In this document: in pieces, positions 12,799 through 24,854 of the stretch
How the letters are laid out: each line of letters starts with the position of its first letter
Position numbering within the stretch: the stretch's first letter is position 1
Assembly: GCA_028023455.1 (NCBI GenBank)
Contig: JAQFVV010000007.1
Location: 13,764,001-13,828,000 of the forward strand
Direction of reading: 5' to 3'
Source: Epiperipatus broadwayi
Lineage: Eukaryota > Animalia > Onychophora
DNA: 64,000 nt
The notes under the pieces: model-generated
Told to the model about the DNA's origin: nothing
Databases searched by the model: none
Seen by the model: only the letters and a program-made list of their open reading frames with translations
Translations under genes and position numbers: made by a program

Positions 12799-13164
12799 GA
12801 TTATTTATCTTTTCTACATGTGTGTAGTCATGTATATCAGTTGTATGAGATAGTGTAGATAGTTGATGGGTGCTTGAAAATCTGAGTTCAAATCCCCTAT
12901 ACTTTTAAATGACTGCTAATTATTATTTTTGATTTGGACAAGGTACCGTAATAATATTTATTTTTTTGAGACCAATAACGTATGGTTAATTTTTACAACA
13001 ACAACAACAGCAGCAGCAACAACAACAACAACAACAACAGTTTCAGAATAATATTATAATATATTTCTATATTGTTATTAAACTCATAATTTTTAGAAAC
13101 AAATTACAAAACATCATTTCTATTATAGGTGGAAAGTAAAAAAAATTTTAATAATCTTGTATAG

Positions 13165-13213
13165 AGATATTTTCTACAGAAAAATTATGAATAAAATGTC
13201 AATATTTACCAGA
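13165..13213 (+). CDS. Coding exon (DIFYRKIMNKMSIFTR)
   Basis: cttgtatAG acceptor and AGA|GTAAGC donor; its first base completes the GG codon of the previous exon (Gly). Confidence 0.65.
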
Positions 13214-14489
13214 GTAAGCAAATACTGGATGATTTATGTTTTTCTTCATAATTTTATTAACTAACATGCAATGATTATAAACTATATCATAAACTGTTAT
13301 ATATTTTAAATGTCTTAATTTTATATTAATTTTAAATTGAAAAGATGTTCTCTTGTTACCTTCCTAAGTATGTCTCTATTTTGCAAAAATCCAATTAGTT
13401 TAAATTTAGTTTGGTTAGTTTAAAGTTTATACTCCTTAGTTTTTGTTTCAACAGTATCTCATACCACTTGTAGTCTAGACTTGGCTACAACTTTTTTTTA
13501 TTTTTTTCAAATGACAGACTTTTTACTATATTTTTAAAACAAATATAATAAAATGTGTTGTATCTAATGGCAACAATAATAGATATTAAATTAATTTCAT
13601 TAAAAACACTAATTATAAAGAAAGTAATCAACTAATTATAATATCTCTGAATTAAATCCAGTTAAATAAAAATAATTTTATTTTATTTTCTGTATTATTT
13701 TTTAAAATATTTTTATAAAAATAATTTAACATTAATTGTAAACAATGCTAGTAAAAAATAAATTTGAAGTGATAATTATATAAAACAAATACATATCTTA
13801 GGAATGATATGTGTTGCAACCATTGTATGTCAATTAAAAATAGTTAGATATTTTTTAACCAATCAATAATCTAATAGCTATGGAAGTTATCTAATAAGTC
13901 ATGTAACTGAAAGATAAATCCTAAATTGATTTCAAGCTACTGGGCTTTGCTATGTCAAGGAAATAAAATAAACTACTATGAATTAAGGTAATTTTTTGGA
14001 TACATTTATTGACTTAAAATTTTTGTAATATAAAATCTATAATTTAAACCTTTCACTATATAACCTAGTTGAGTGTGTCTAACAATATGGTGTGTATGCA
14101 TTTAGGTGTTATTACCCTTAACATTTTTTTTTTGTATCTGCCACTCTGAATCACCAAAATCACAATATTGTTTACTGCTTTGAAAATATATATTGCTTTT
14201 ATTTTCTATATAAAATTAAATTTCAGAATCATTCTAAATAATAGCAAACAAATATGTCTTTATAAATAAATCACACTTATAATAAGGGACTTTTCATAAT
14301 GCTTTCATTTAAAATATAATTTTGACTATCTATCAGTCTTCTTTGAATTTAAAAATGATTGTATTTGAACTAACTATTACATTTATATACAATAATTTTA
14401 TTTAATATATTATTAATGAATAGCCCAAACATATAATACATTAATTATTAAATTTCATTAAATATTGTAAACATATTATCCAATAATAT

Positions 14490-15180
14490 TAAATAGAGAG
14501 ATTTGAACTTAGAAATTTCATTCTATATTTAGCATCTACACCATCTCAAAACAACCAATACACATGACCATAATCATGTGAAAAAGATAAATTATCCCCA
14601 AAATACATATTTTGTGCATAACTAGCACTTATTATTTGGGCTAGATTGTAATCTCCCAAAACATATATACAATCAGATCTTGGCTTACATTAAAATAACA
14701 CTTCCTTAAATTTTAATGGACAGGCTTCAATCTTCTCAGATATACAACAATTCAACCATCCATTTTATGGAAAAACTAATGACAAAATGTTCAAAATCTT
14801 TAGTGGGTTTCATATTGTAATCATATTCATGTAGGTCTTAAATCAATCTAACCCTTCATTTTATTGAAACATTACATATCCATTTATATTAGCAGGAGTA
14901 GGATGGGTTGAACTTATACTATGATATAAACTATTTCCAAGGCAATACATAATTAACTTATTCATTCAGTGTATGGAATATTTACCATAATAAATAGAAG
15001 AATTTTAATTTAGGATTTTCAGTCTACATTTATCTTCCATTCAATCTCAAAACAACTACTACACATGACCACACACACATGTTGAAAAGATAAATATCGG
15101 GAATATCTTTTTCAGGTGTGATTGGTCATATATATTGTTGTTTTGAGATGGATTGGAGAGTAAATATAAACTGAAAGACT
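14490..15180 (-). mobile_element. Older diverged copies of the 12002-12901 family (one arm plus a small internally deleted hairpin at 15020-15180)
   Basis: gatttgaact...cacatgacca...aaagataa...ttaatggacaggcttcaatc homology; decayed hammerhead with CCCAA/TTGGG stem I. Confidence 0.7.
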
Positions 15181-18100
15181 GAATGATTAGGTTTAACCAA
15201 TCATATGTATATTTATAAATACTATGTTATATGTGTGCATATATATATACATTTACAACTTATAGATTTCTTTTGTATTTTTTTAAAAAATATTAAATAG
15301 ATTTACTAAAATCATTAATATATTATATATAATTTTCTTTATTATTATTATTTCTATGCCTAGCTTTTTCGTTTTCTTTTTTTGTGGAGGCTGTTTTCAA
15401 CAGCTATTCTGTGAATGCGGTTTTAAAGATAACTGTACGTGTATATTTTAAGGCAGAACAAGAACAAAGAAAACGGTGAAAGTAAGTTAGTTCCAGGATA
15501 AGAGTAAGCAGAAGTTGTGTCCAAGTCCATTATTCTTTTCTTAAAAAGAAAATCAAATTCTGTATGCTTCTCTCAAAGAAAATGGAATGAATGAATTTAG
15601 AGAAAATACCATTTGCTTTACATCAGCTTCCATCCATCTATGGCTTTACTAAGGAAAGTAGGTCTCATACAAATTAAATGAAGCAAACGAGCTTGAGTCT
15701 AGTGTAAACCTATGGTGAGAAATTCCTATTAGCCACCATTTGACAAATTTGAAAAACCAAAGTCATTTTAAAATTCTGCTTTCAATTGGCACGAGGTACC
15801 TTCATATTGATTTAATAACACACTACAGTCTCAGAAGAATTTCAAAGATAAGAGTTGTTAAACCAACAGGAAAAAAGTTAGAATGACTGTGTGAATTTAT
15901 AGGAAAGTGTTTAAAAACTAAAAATATTTTGAATTGATTACAATAAATTGTTATTCACATCGCGAGTTTTTTTTCTTTTTGTTGTTGTTGTTGGAGATGA
16001 ATTTGATAAGAAGTGTGTCATTTTTTGTTATAAAATCGTATTATTAAAAATATTAATACCTTTTAAAAATAAACTGGGATTTTTTGATGTACACTTACAT
16101 GTCTGTGTGCCTATGTTCTCTTATCAAATTCAAATTTAGCTAATATAACATAAATTAAAAAATTGGAACAATTCTCATTGCTTATAATTATACCAAAATT
16201 TTATTTACAGTATAGAATAGACTGTGCAAAGATGACTGATTTTTGCTCCAAACTGCCTGCAGCGCCATCTTTGAATCAATGCATATATGTGCATAGCACT
16301 TATAGTGGTACTGATTTAGTGTGCCCTCACAGCCATATTGAATTCTAAGAACTGCCCAAAGCCACTATTGACACATACAAGCAATAAATGACATTGAGTA
16401 ATCCACACCTGGTTGTGATAAGTCCATTCATTGCAAAATTAAAATTTATATCAATAATTAAAAAATTTCATACAACTATGCTTGATCAAATCATGTGACT
16501 AAAATACAAAGTCACTACAACACTTTTAAGGCATGAACTTGCATCAGTTATGCATGGCACTATGTTATGAATCATTATACATAATTTCCAATGCTCTCCC
16601 TACCATTACAAAATCTTGGAAATCATTTGAAAAGTTACATACATTTTCAACTAAAATCATGGCAGTAACTAATATGACCATGAAAAAAAGTCTCTCAGCT
16701 TGGACACTGAAATGGATGTCTTATATCAAGTGGAAGAAGAAGAAAACCATGATATCTATTTTATTAATTAACCCATGTTTACTGTTGCCATTATTTTTAA
16801 AAACAAAGACAAAATAGAACAAAGTGCTTATAACATCTAGGTGCATCAAAACTTTCCACAGCCATAAAATCACAGCATCTCATGTAAAATGAAAATCCAA
16901 AAAGTATGTCAATCATTCATTCTAGATTTTTTTTCCAGAGATCTTCTCCTGTCAACATCTGGTGATCCTAAAAATACAACTTCAAAGAATTTAGAACATA
17001 ATGATATGCCTAACAATGAGTAATCAATGATTCATAAAACTGAATAATTATAACTGATAAAAAGATCAGCAGAAAGAACAACCTTAAGTGAAGTTTTTTA
17101 TCTAGACTTAAGTTTCATTACCATACATACATACATACATAAATATTTTAATGTCACATTTGCATAATACATATCATACAATTTATGCAATCATAAAATG
17201 TACATTAAGGGTTTTTTAATTACTGTATATACTAGATTATGTTATCTGTTAACAACTTATAATGTAATTTTTAACTGGAGGAATGAGCCAATTTTTTTTC
17301 CATAGAGAACCATTATAATTACTTGTTTTTATATGATGTTCTTACTTAACAAATAGTTTTAGGGTACCAATTGCCTTTTCTAAACAGGATAAAGGGCTAC
17401 ATGCATATGTACATATTATGGCTCTCAGATTTTGTCTTAAAACTGAATGCCAAATTGTGGGATGACATAGACACATTATTAAAAAAAATAAGTTTTTTTT
17501 TTTTTTTTCAATAAGTAAACTTTATCGCTAAACAATAATTAAATAATTATGTAACTGATAAACCATTTTTGGTTTGACTATTATAGTATCTATAGTTTGA
17601 AGGTAATTATAAGTTAATTTATATTGTCTAACTCTCTTATGTAACTCTTTTGTAATTTTTAAATGTTTAATTATAAAGTTATTATTGAATTAAAGTGCTA
17701 ATAAATTTAATTTTAAAATATTAAAGTTCAAATTATCTTAATTCAGTTCTTATAGTTTATTAAATTTAAATATTATAGAAGAAATTTAAAAAAAATGAGT
17801 TTAAACATCAAGACTATATTTTAAAAGTTTAAGTTATTTGGTAATAAAGTATATTATTTAATCTTAACTGTAATAAAGAATAGTTTAATTAGATAATCTT
17901 AAAATTTAACTGATTAAAGAGATATGTATTTTTAAATCAATATTTAATTCTTATAGTTAAGCTAGCATTCTTAAAATAAGGAAAAAATAATGGGATGTGA
18001 GTGTGGAAGCTTACATGTGAAAGTTATTAATTACTTTAGAACTTCCTTTTAAATTTAATGGTTAATGTCTAAACTAAATATTGTAGTGTAATATTTGTTA

Positions 18101-19287
18101 AAACAATGTAAATTGTATTATGTTTAAAAAATGTAATATTTTATTTATTGTAATATATTTCAATTTGTTAAATATTTTATAAAAGATTATGTAATTAAAT
18201 TAATTATTTGGTTTGATTTTCAGTTATATTGTCTTTAAAAAAATTCTAAAATTATGCAAATTAAATCCAATTTTAGAAGTTTTCAGTGAATACTGAAAAG
18301 TCTCTGACTTTTTAATTATTAGATCAATTGGAATGTATGTGGGATGTTAAGTATATCAATTAAATTAATAACATGACTTGCCTTATATAAGGGAGAAGTA
18401 AAAACCCACATGTACCAACTTACCTACTGACATCTACCTATTTATCTACACCTAATCATATCTTCACCAAGTTTTGATTTTAACTTTTTTTTTTAAAGTT
18501 TTAAAAAATACATTGTTAAAGTAATGTTATCTCGGCTATCTACAACTGTGAATCTTTTTAATGTTTTATAGCTTATCAAAGTGTTGCATTATGGGCAAGC
18601 TTATTATAAACTTTTGCTTTAATGGTAAAGTAAAATAAAATATATAATCCCTATTATATATAGACTTTATTAATTTCACTTATTATGATATATTTAAATT
18701 ATTATTTGGAATGGATATTTTCTTGGAGAATAAAAACTAATTTAAGAATGTTTCATTCTAATATTAAATATATTCTATTTATTCTTGTGAATTTTATGTG
18801 ATTTTTATAGTAAAATTATACTAAATATTTTATGGTATCAAAAATTCATTCTCTTCTGGTGTAGTTTTATTTACATTAATCTGGAATGGTATGATTACTA
18901 AATATAAAATAATTCTATGAATATTATGTTTAAAAAAATTATATTTATTACAAAGATGAATAATTATATAATTAAAGACTTTTATTGTGTATTTGCTTAC
19001 TTGTGAAACTTATTTGGCTAATGTAAGAATAGAATAAATATTTTTCTTATTAGAAATTATATTTAAGTAAAAAACATATATAACTTAGCTTTATTTTCAT
19101 GAAAATTAATTAGCTTATAATTCTTTTAATTTATTAATATGCCTGATTATTAAGAATGCTAAATTTAAAGTCAAGTATATATTTCATTTAATAATTGAAA
19201 TGTGCAAACAGTTTAAATTTCTTGGCTAATTGTTCTAAAGCACAAAATATAAAATGTGCTAACATGCACAAGCACACAAAGCTGAAG

Positions 19288-19369
<82 letters not shown>

Positions 19370-20117
19370 ATTAAGTGGTTAAGTGCTTTCAAGGGTCAGA
19401 GCCTTCATATTCATAGCCATTTTGTAAATAAACATGAAATTAATAATTATAAACATTTATCAACTGTTTATTTTCTTTGTCAACAAATATTATGAATATT
19501 ATGAATGTTATAAGTCAATGTATTAAATATATTTGCTTGAGAATTTAATTATATTATTTATTATTATATTAAAACATGTTCCAAAAACATGAATTACATA
19601 TTTTTCTTTAACTTATTGCACTCCATTTCTTAAATTATTGCTTTTCTTAAAAATAATTAACAAATTATAAAATATGCTGATTGAAAATTGCTCTTAAAAC
19701 TTATTATGCCCCTTTCCCACCATATTTGATTTTTGTTATATCCATTAATGAGTTAGAAAATGTGTATTTGAAAGTGATTGCTCTTTGTATAAATATTTGT
19801 CAATGATAAAACATATTTCAAAATAAATGTTTAAACTTATTGATATAATAGTCCATGGAAAACATATAATGCTCTGATTTTCAATAATATTTATTCTTCG
19901 TTGTAATAATTGCTAATACATGATAAAATGTGTGTCTACAAAATCAATATTCATTTATTCCTACTATTTGTTATAAAATATAGTCAATGTTCATAGTATT
20001 TATTATATGTATCCTTTCTAAATGAGTATATTTAATTGTGTTAATGTCTTCATGTATTTGTTTTTCTATATTATGAATTACTATGCATGTGCAAATTTAA
20101 TATTTGATATTTAACAA

Positions 20118-20215
20118 TATCCTGGAAAATATGCAGAATACTCCAGACCTGTTAATGACTGTATCCAGCCTAATAGTTAGAAATATGAAGATGAACGACT
20201 TTATTTTGGTAAAGA
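20118..20215 (+). pseudogene. Ambiguous exon: YPGKYAEYSRPVNDCIQPNS*KYEDERLYFGK (acceptor reads AA, internal TAG), or NTPDLLMTVSSLIVRNMKMNDFILVK from a weak AG at 20135-36
   Basis: GC-richer patch with a GTATGC donor at 20216; both readings are phase-compatible with the 13213 donor. Confidence 0.35.
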
Positions 20216-21066
20216 GTATGCTTATTAATTTTAAATATTTGTTGTGATATTTGAAATATTATGTATTTAGTATTTTTCTATGCATTTTGATAGTATATTA
20301 TATGTAATATAACATGTATTTATACTAGATTCTTAGATTATTATTAGAATATTAATATTTTAAATGTTTATGCCTGTTTTTTTTCTGAAGTTATTTTTTG
20401 AATGTGTTTTAATATTCTTGAAAAGTATATTCATTATTATTTAATTATTATGCTACAATTTTATATTCATATTTGCCTATATTTAGCTTTGTTCATTATT
20501 TTTATCAGTTTCACTCATAATTTAGTTCTTGTTACACTCAGTCTGTATTTAATTCATGAGCTGGCATACAAAAGGATGAAACATAAAACTTGGGAATGAC
20601 TGCTAATTATTAATATTACTAAATAAACACAGACTTATGGCCAAATAAACTAATGCATATATATCAATAAATTAATACTAATTTAGATAGATTTTGAGTG
20701 ATTTGTGATGAATTATGAGAGATAACATGAAACACTATTATAATTTAAATGTCTTTAATATACAAAAAAATAAAAAATTAATATAATAACAAATAGATAT
20801 GCTTTGGTTATGTTTTACACACACAGGTGTTACTGCAATAATAAGATGATTTAGGTTACAGGAGTCTCATCTTTAAAAATGCACTTTATACATATTATTA
20901 TTATAGTTTGTCTGCAATGCATATTCATGCCTACATATATATGGTATGCCACTATCTCTAAGTTTGCTACTGAGAGGCTAAATATTACAGAGATGATATA
21001 TGATAAAAAATTAATTGATTCATTCTAATATATTAATCTAGAAACACAAATATGCTCTACATACAG

Positions 21067-21122
21067 ATTCCTTCAGTGAACTAGATTCTATGTTCAGACA
21101 AATGCTGAATTTCATTAATAGG
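21067..21122 (+). CDS. Candidate exon (SFSELDSMFRQMLNFINR)
   Basis: ctacatacAG acceptor, AGG|GTGAAA donor, open frame; its phase fits only the second reading of 20118-20215. Confidence 0.3.
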
Positions 21123-21191
21123 GTGAAATGAACTGGTTGCTGTATTATGTTTCTGATACTATGGTATAAATACTAAAACAATTGTAGATAT

Positions 21192-23807
21192 TGTACCAGT
21201 CAAAAATGTATGTCCATCCAATAAGATTTAGAATCTAAGCAAAAGTACCCTGAATCTAATCATGTGCAAGATACACAGTCCAGGAGCAATCATGAATTCT
21301 AACCTATTTGCTTATTCCCCAAATCTATAACATTATGAACAACACCTACAGTGATACCACATAAATTCATTATATCCCAGCCCGGTGATACAACGTTTTA
21401 CATGAGACTCAACTGGTGATGATGATGAGAGATTGAATGAACCCAATATATTAAGTTACGAGTATACATAAACACAAATATTAATAAAGAGATTCAAACA
21501 ACTGGATTAAGTTTAAAATATAAATATTTATTTTGAACATAATTAAAGATAAGTTTTAGACTTTATCTCATTACAAACATTAAAAAATATTATTAAGCTT
21601 ATATTGATTTTGACAAATATTAAGTTAGTGTGGCGGTTACCAGAGATGGATTTATTGGAGTGTTTTGGTGGCCGTTTTATACATAAAAATACATTTATAA
21701 AGATATATTCGAGTTTTGCTGATTAACAATTTCAATACATAAGTTTAATTTATTTAGATATTTGATATATAACAATAACAATGAGGATATATTTTTGATC
21801 GGCAGCATAAAACATTATTTCTTTTACATATTCAACATTTAATGATGGGATATAGTGAAAACTCAATGATTGCAGGAAAAGTTTATTTCAGTAAAGAGGG
21901 AGAGCAGCTTCACATGAAGTTGGGTTTAAACACCAACAAATAAAGAGAAAACAGAACGTTTTATTGCCGCATATCACTACAATTTACTTTGCTAAACAGG
22001 CTGGAAACTAACTGTAAGAAATGGTGGTGCTAGCATAATATCAGCGAGAGGAAATGGCACATTTGCCCAGGTAAAGGTCATTCTCCAATTTCTTTATAAC
22101 AATGGTACATGCCAGCTTTCTGCTAAGATGGTACAGGAAGAGAAGATGGGTAGGAGGGTTCTATGGGCCAGTCAGCGGCGCATTTATACATTATATTATC
22201 TACCCTAACCTGAAGGTTCTAGAAGTAAACTTAGACTTCTTTTATAAATGAGGATATGAATGACAAGGCTTTGAATCCCTGGAGTGAGGTACAGGTGATT
22301 CAAAGCAGTATATAAAATATATATACTTGGAGAAGAATGACTAGTGAAATGATCATGACTCCCTGGAGTGAGGTATAGATGAGTCAGATCGAAGCCTTAT
22401 GTGGCTTATGAATAATTGGACATATGCTAGCAATGCTATCATAATAATATAAAATCAATAAATTTAACTATTAAAGAAAAGCCTTAAATGGTTTAACAAA
22501 TACATAATGACATGCTATGATAATGACCTGCATAATCTAAAGTCATTGATTATAAATAACTAACATTATGAAGCTTGCAGTGCTTCCCCCCTTCCTGAAT
22601 CAATATTTTAATATAGGAAATATAAAAAAAACTAAAGTAGTGCAAATTACAAAACAAATTTAAGTCACCAATCTTTGTGGCAACTAATGGACACCAATAG
22701 CCACCCCGGATTGCAAATATTTATATATTTCATATAAATTTACGATAAATGTTTAGATAAAAAAATATTCATTGAAAGTATAACCCAACCTTACGAAGTA
22801 TTTAAAATAATTAATAAGAACTCATTAATTCCCCATCTCTTCGCTTTTTAATAGAAGTTCGTAAGATTAAGTTTTTAGTGGCATTTATAAATAAAGTGAG
22901 AGAATATAAAAATATTATTAAACTTAAATCATAACCGCATGAACTAATAAAAATAATAAGAAGCATGAGTTGGATGACAGAACCATTAGGCAGCAAGAAA
23001 TTTATATAAATGGTTAACAAAGCTTTAAAAAAACATTAAATAGAATAAAATTATTAGTTTACAAATTAAATTACATAGTTAAAAGTGGATAAGGCAGTTA
23101 TACAGTCTTTTGGCTGGTTACCTCAGGATTTTTTGGAAGTACTGGCAAATCTTCTGTGGCAGACAGCATTCTTTGCAGCTACATCACAGCAAGGGTCCAC
23201 TGAAGATGGCAGATGGCAGCTTGGCTCTCCCAAATTTCAAATGGATATGAAATCACTTAGCAATGACTGACCAAACTCTAACATAATAGATTTCTAGCTC
23301 TATTTATATCAATTTTTGGCCCCTCAGAGAATATTTATTCTAAACTAGATTTCCTGCCTCTAATGGATCTCTATTTTAGGAGAATCTTTACTCTATTGTT
23401 AGTAAAGATTCAGTTTTAAGATAACTGTCTAAAATCAATTCAAATCAATTTCCTGTTTGGAAATGGATTTGACAAAACAATGTTGATAGCTAACTAAAAT
23501 CCATTAGCTTTGTTTTAGTTTTTACTTTTTAATTTTAATTTACAATTTCTTTTTTTTTTTAAATCATGAGACAAACTCCTCACCTCTTCAATTATTTTAG
23601 ATAGTTATCTTGAATTTATATTTTGTTTTATGAAAAAAAATTATAACATATTAAAATAAAAAATAAAAAAATACAATTTTAGAAGACACAAAATTATCTA
23701 TAATATACATTTTACAGCAACAACAAAAAAGAAAAAATGGATCATGATGACACGTGAACTGTGGTAGAATCGTGAAACTCAACCTTGGACAATGGTCAAT
23801 TGTTTCA
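21192..23807 (-). repeat. 3' LTR (2616 bp)
   Basis: Colinear with 24855-27474; about 15 differences in the first 130 bp by eye, mostly transitions. Confidence 0.9.
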
Positions 23808-23820
23808 TTCTTCCCCACTT
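23808..23820 (-). other. Polypurine tract
   Basis: Minus strand AAGTGGGGAAGAA directly abuts the TGAAACA start of the 3' LTR. Confidence 0.75.
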
Positions 23821-24087
23821 ACAATGACAAACAAAAAAAATGAATTAAAAAAATGCCTTTACTTTGAATCTATTCATGACTGAAGAACAACCAATTTACT
23901 TTTAAAACATTATTTATTATATTATCTATAAGAACAACAAAAAAACAATGCTATGATAGTGCCCTGTTCTTTCTCACTAAAGTTTCTTAACTTATTTTTC
24001 CCATCTTCAACTATCTCCTTCCCTACTCTTCTCAGTTGCTCCCCCATAATTGATTTTATCTGCCTGCTATCCTGAACTGTCACCTAC

Positions 24088-24152
<65 letters not shown>

Positions 24153-24814
24153 CATGTGGTTCACTAATATATGATTTCAGTAATACATGATTATAATTAA
24201 CTATTTATAATAAATATGGAAAGCAAAAAATCTTAAAAAAAAGTTACCATATTACTTGGATTTTATCTTGGCTGTTTTTTCCACACCTAGAATAGACTCA
24301 AAGTTTTGTTGTTATTACATAATTATCTTTTATTATATTTGGTTATTGCTGTACAAAAATTAAAATCAATTCTCTACTACCACCCACTCAATCCACTTTC
24401 GAATTCACCTTTTGATTCGGTGTTTTAAAATGACACCTGTCGGCAAATTTATATGAGGGTGCCAGCCCACAAAGTCCCACAGAATGTACAAATAAAAGCT
24501 GGGTCACTCAATTCTCATCTATAAGAAATACATATTTTGTAAAAATTGTCTTACTGTTAAAAAAGTGTGCTGATAACTACAACGTTTTACATATATGTAT
24601 ACTACATTTTTATATACATATGATCCTGATTACAATTATATTATTGGATACATAAATTCAAAAAAAAACTTTACAGCAATTGGGTGTACAACTCATGAAA
24701 AAAAAAAATCTTACATATATATTATTCATTATTATTTAAAACAGAAGAAGAAAAACATTATATGTACATATTAAATGCTCTACAAGGTATTGCCGGGTGT
24801 GGGAATTTTGAATA

Positions 24815-24832
24815 GCCCCACATTAAGCGCCA
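24815..24832 (-). other. tRNA-Lys-type primer binding site
   Basis: Minus strand TGGCGCTTAATGTGGGGC versus the known Lys(CTT) PBS TGGCGCCCAACGTGGGGC: 15/18, all three differences C>T. Confidence 0.75.
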
Positions 24833-24854
24833 AACCCGGAAGAAAAAAATCTAC

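Larger units (their letters stand above)
12002..12901. mobile_element. Fold-back (about 400 bp arms) hammerhead-bearing insertion
   Basis: Arms 12053-12449 and about 12498-12904; 50-nt left tail whose outer part recurs inverted in the spacer; 14-bp direct repeat CTTTTAAATGACTG at 11988-12001 and 12902-12915. Confidence 0.85.

Noticed and set aside
12002-12901. Classical MITE with long terminal inverted repeats
   Set aside because: Relatives occur as single arms, the TSD is 14 bp with an asymmetric tail, and each arm holds a hammerhead motif.
8146-13213. B4GALNT3/4-like identity suggested by RFV...VYP
   Set aside because: Spacing and flanking residues do not match what I recall of that family; no gene symbol assigned.
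16250-17060. Possible DNA-transposon or Cys/His-finger remnant (includes ORF 16533-16817)
   Set aside because: Coding-like composition but too degraded to show a diagnostic motif.
17560-18000. Possible mitochondrial insertion or tRNA-like AT-rich stretch
   Set aside because: No convincing cloverleaf or mitochondrial protein motif.
22-20215. Stop-codon reassignment as the explanation for in-frame TAG/TAA/TGA in exon-like patches
   Set aside because: The open RTE frame and the cleanest exons use only CAR for Gln and TGG for Trp, and the RTE ends at TGA. Decay by C>T is simpler.
23925-24087. Minus-strand purine-rich frame (VTVQDSRQIKSIMGEQLRRVGKE...) inside the LTR element interior
   Set aside because: Only about 54 codons, with no gag/pol/env similarity and no phase-compatible partner exon.
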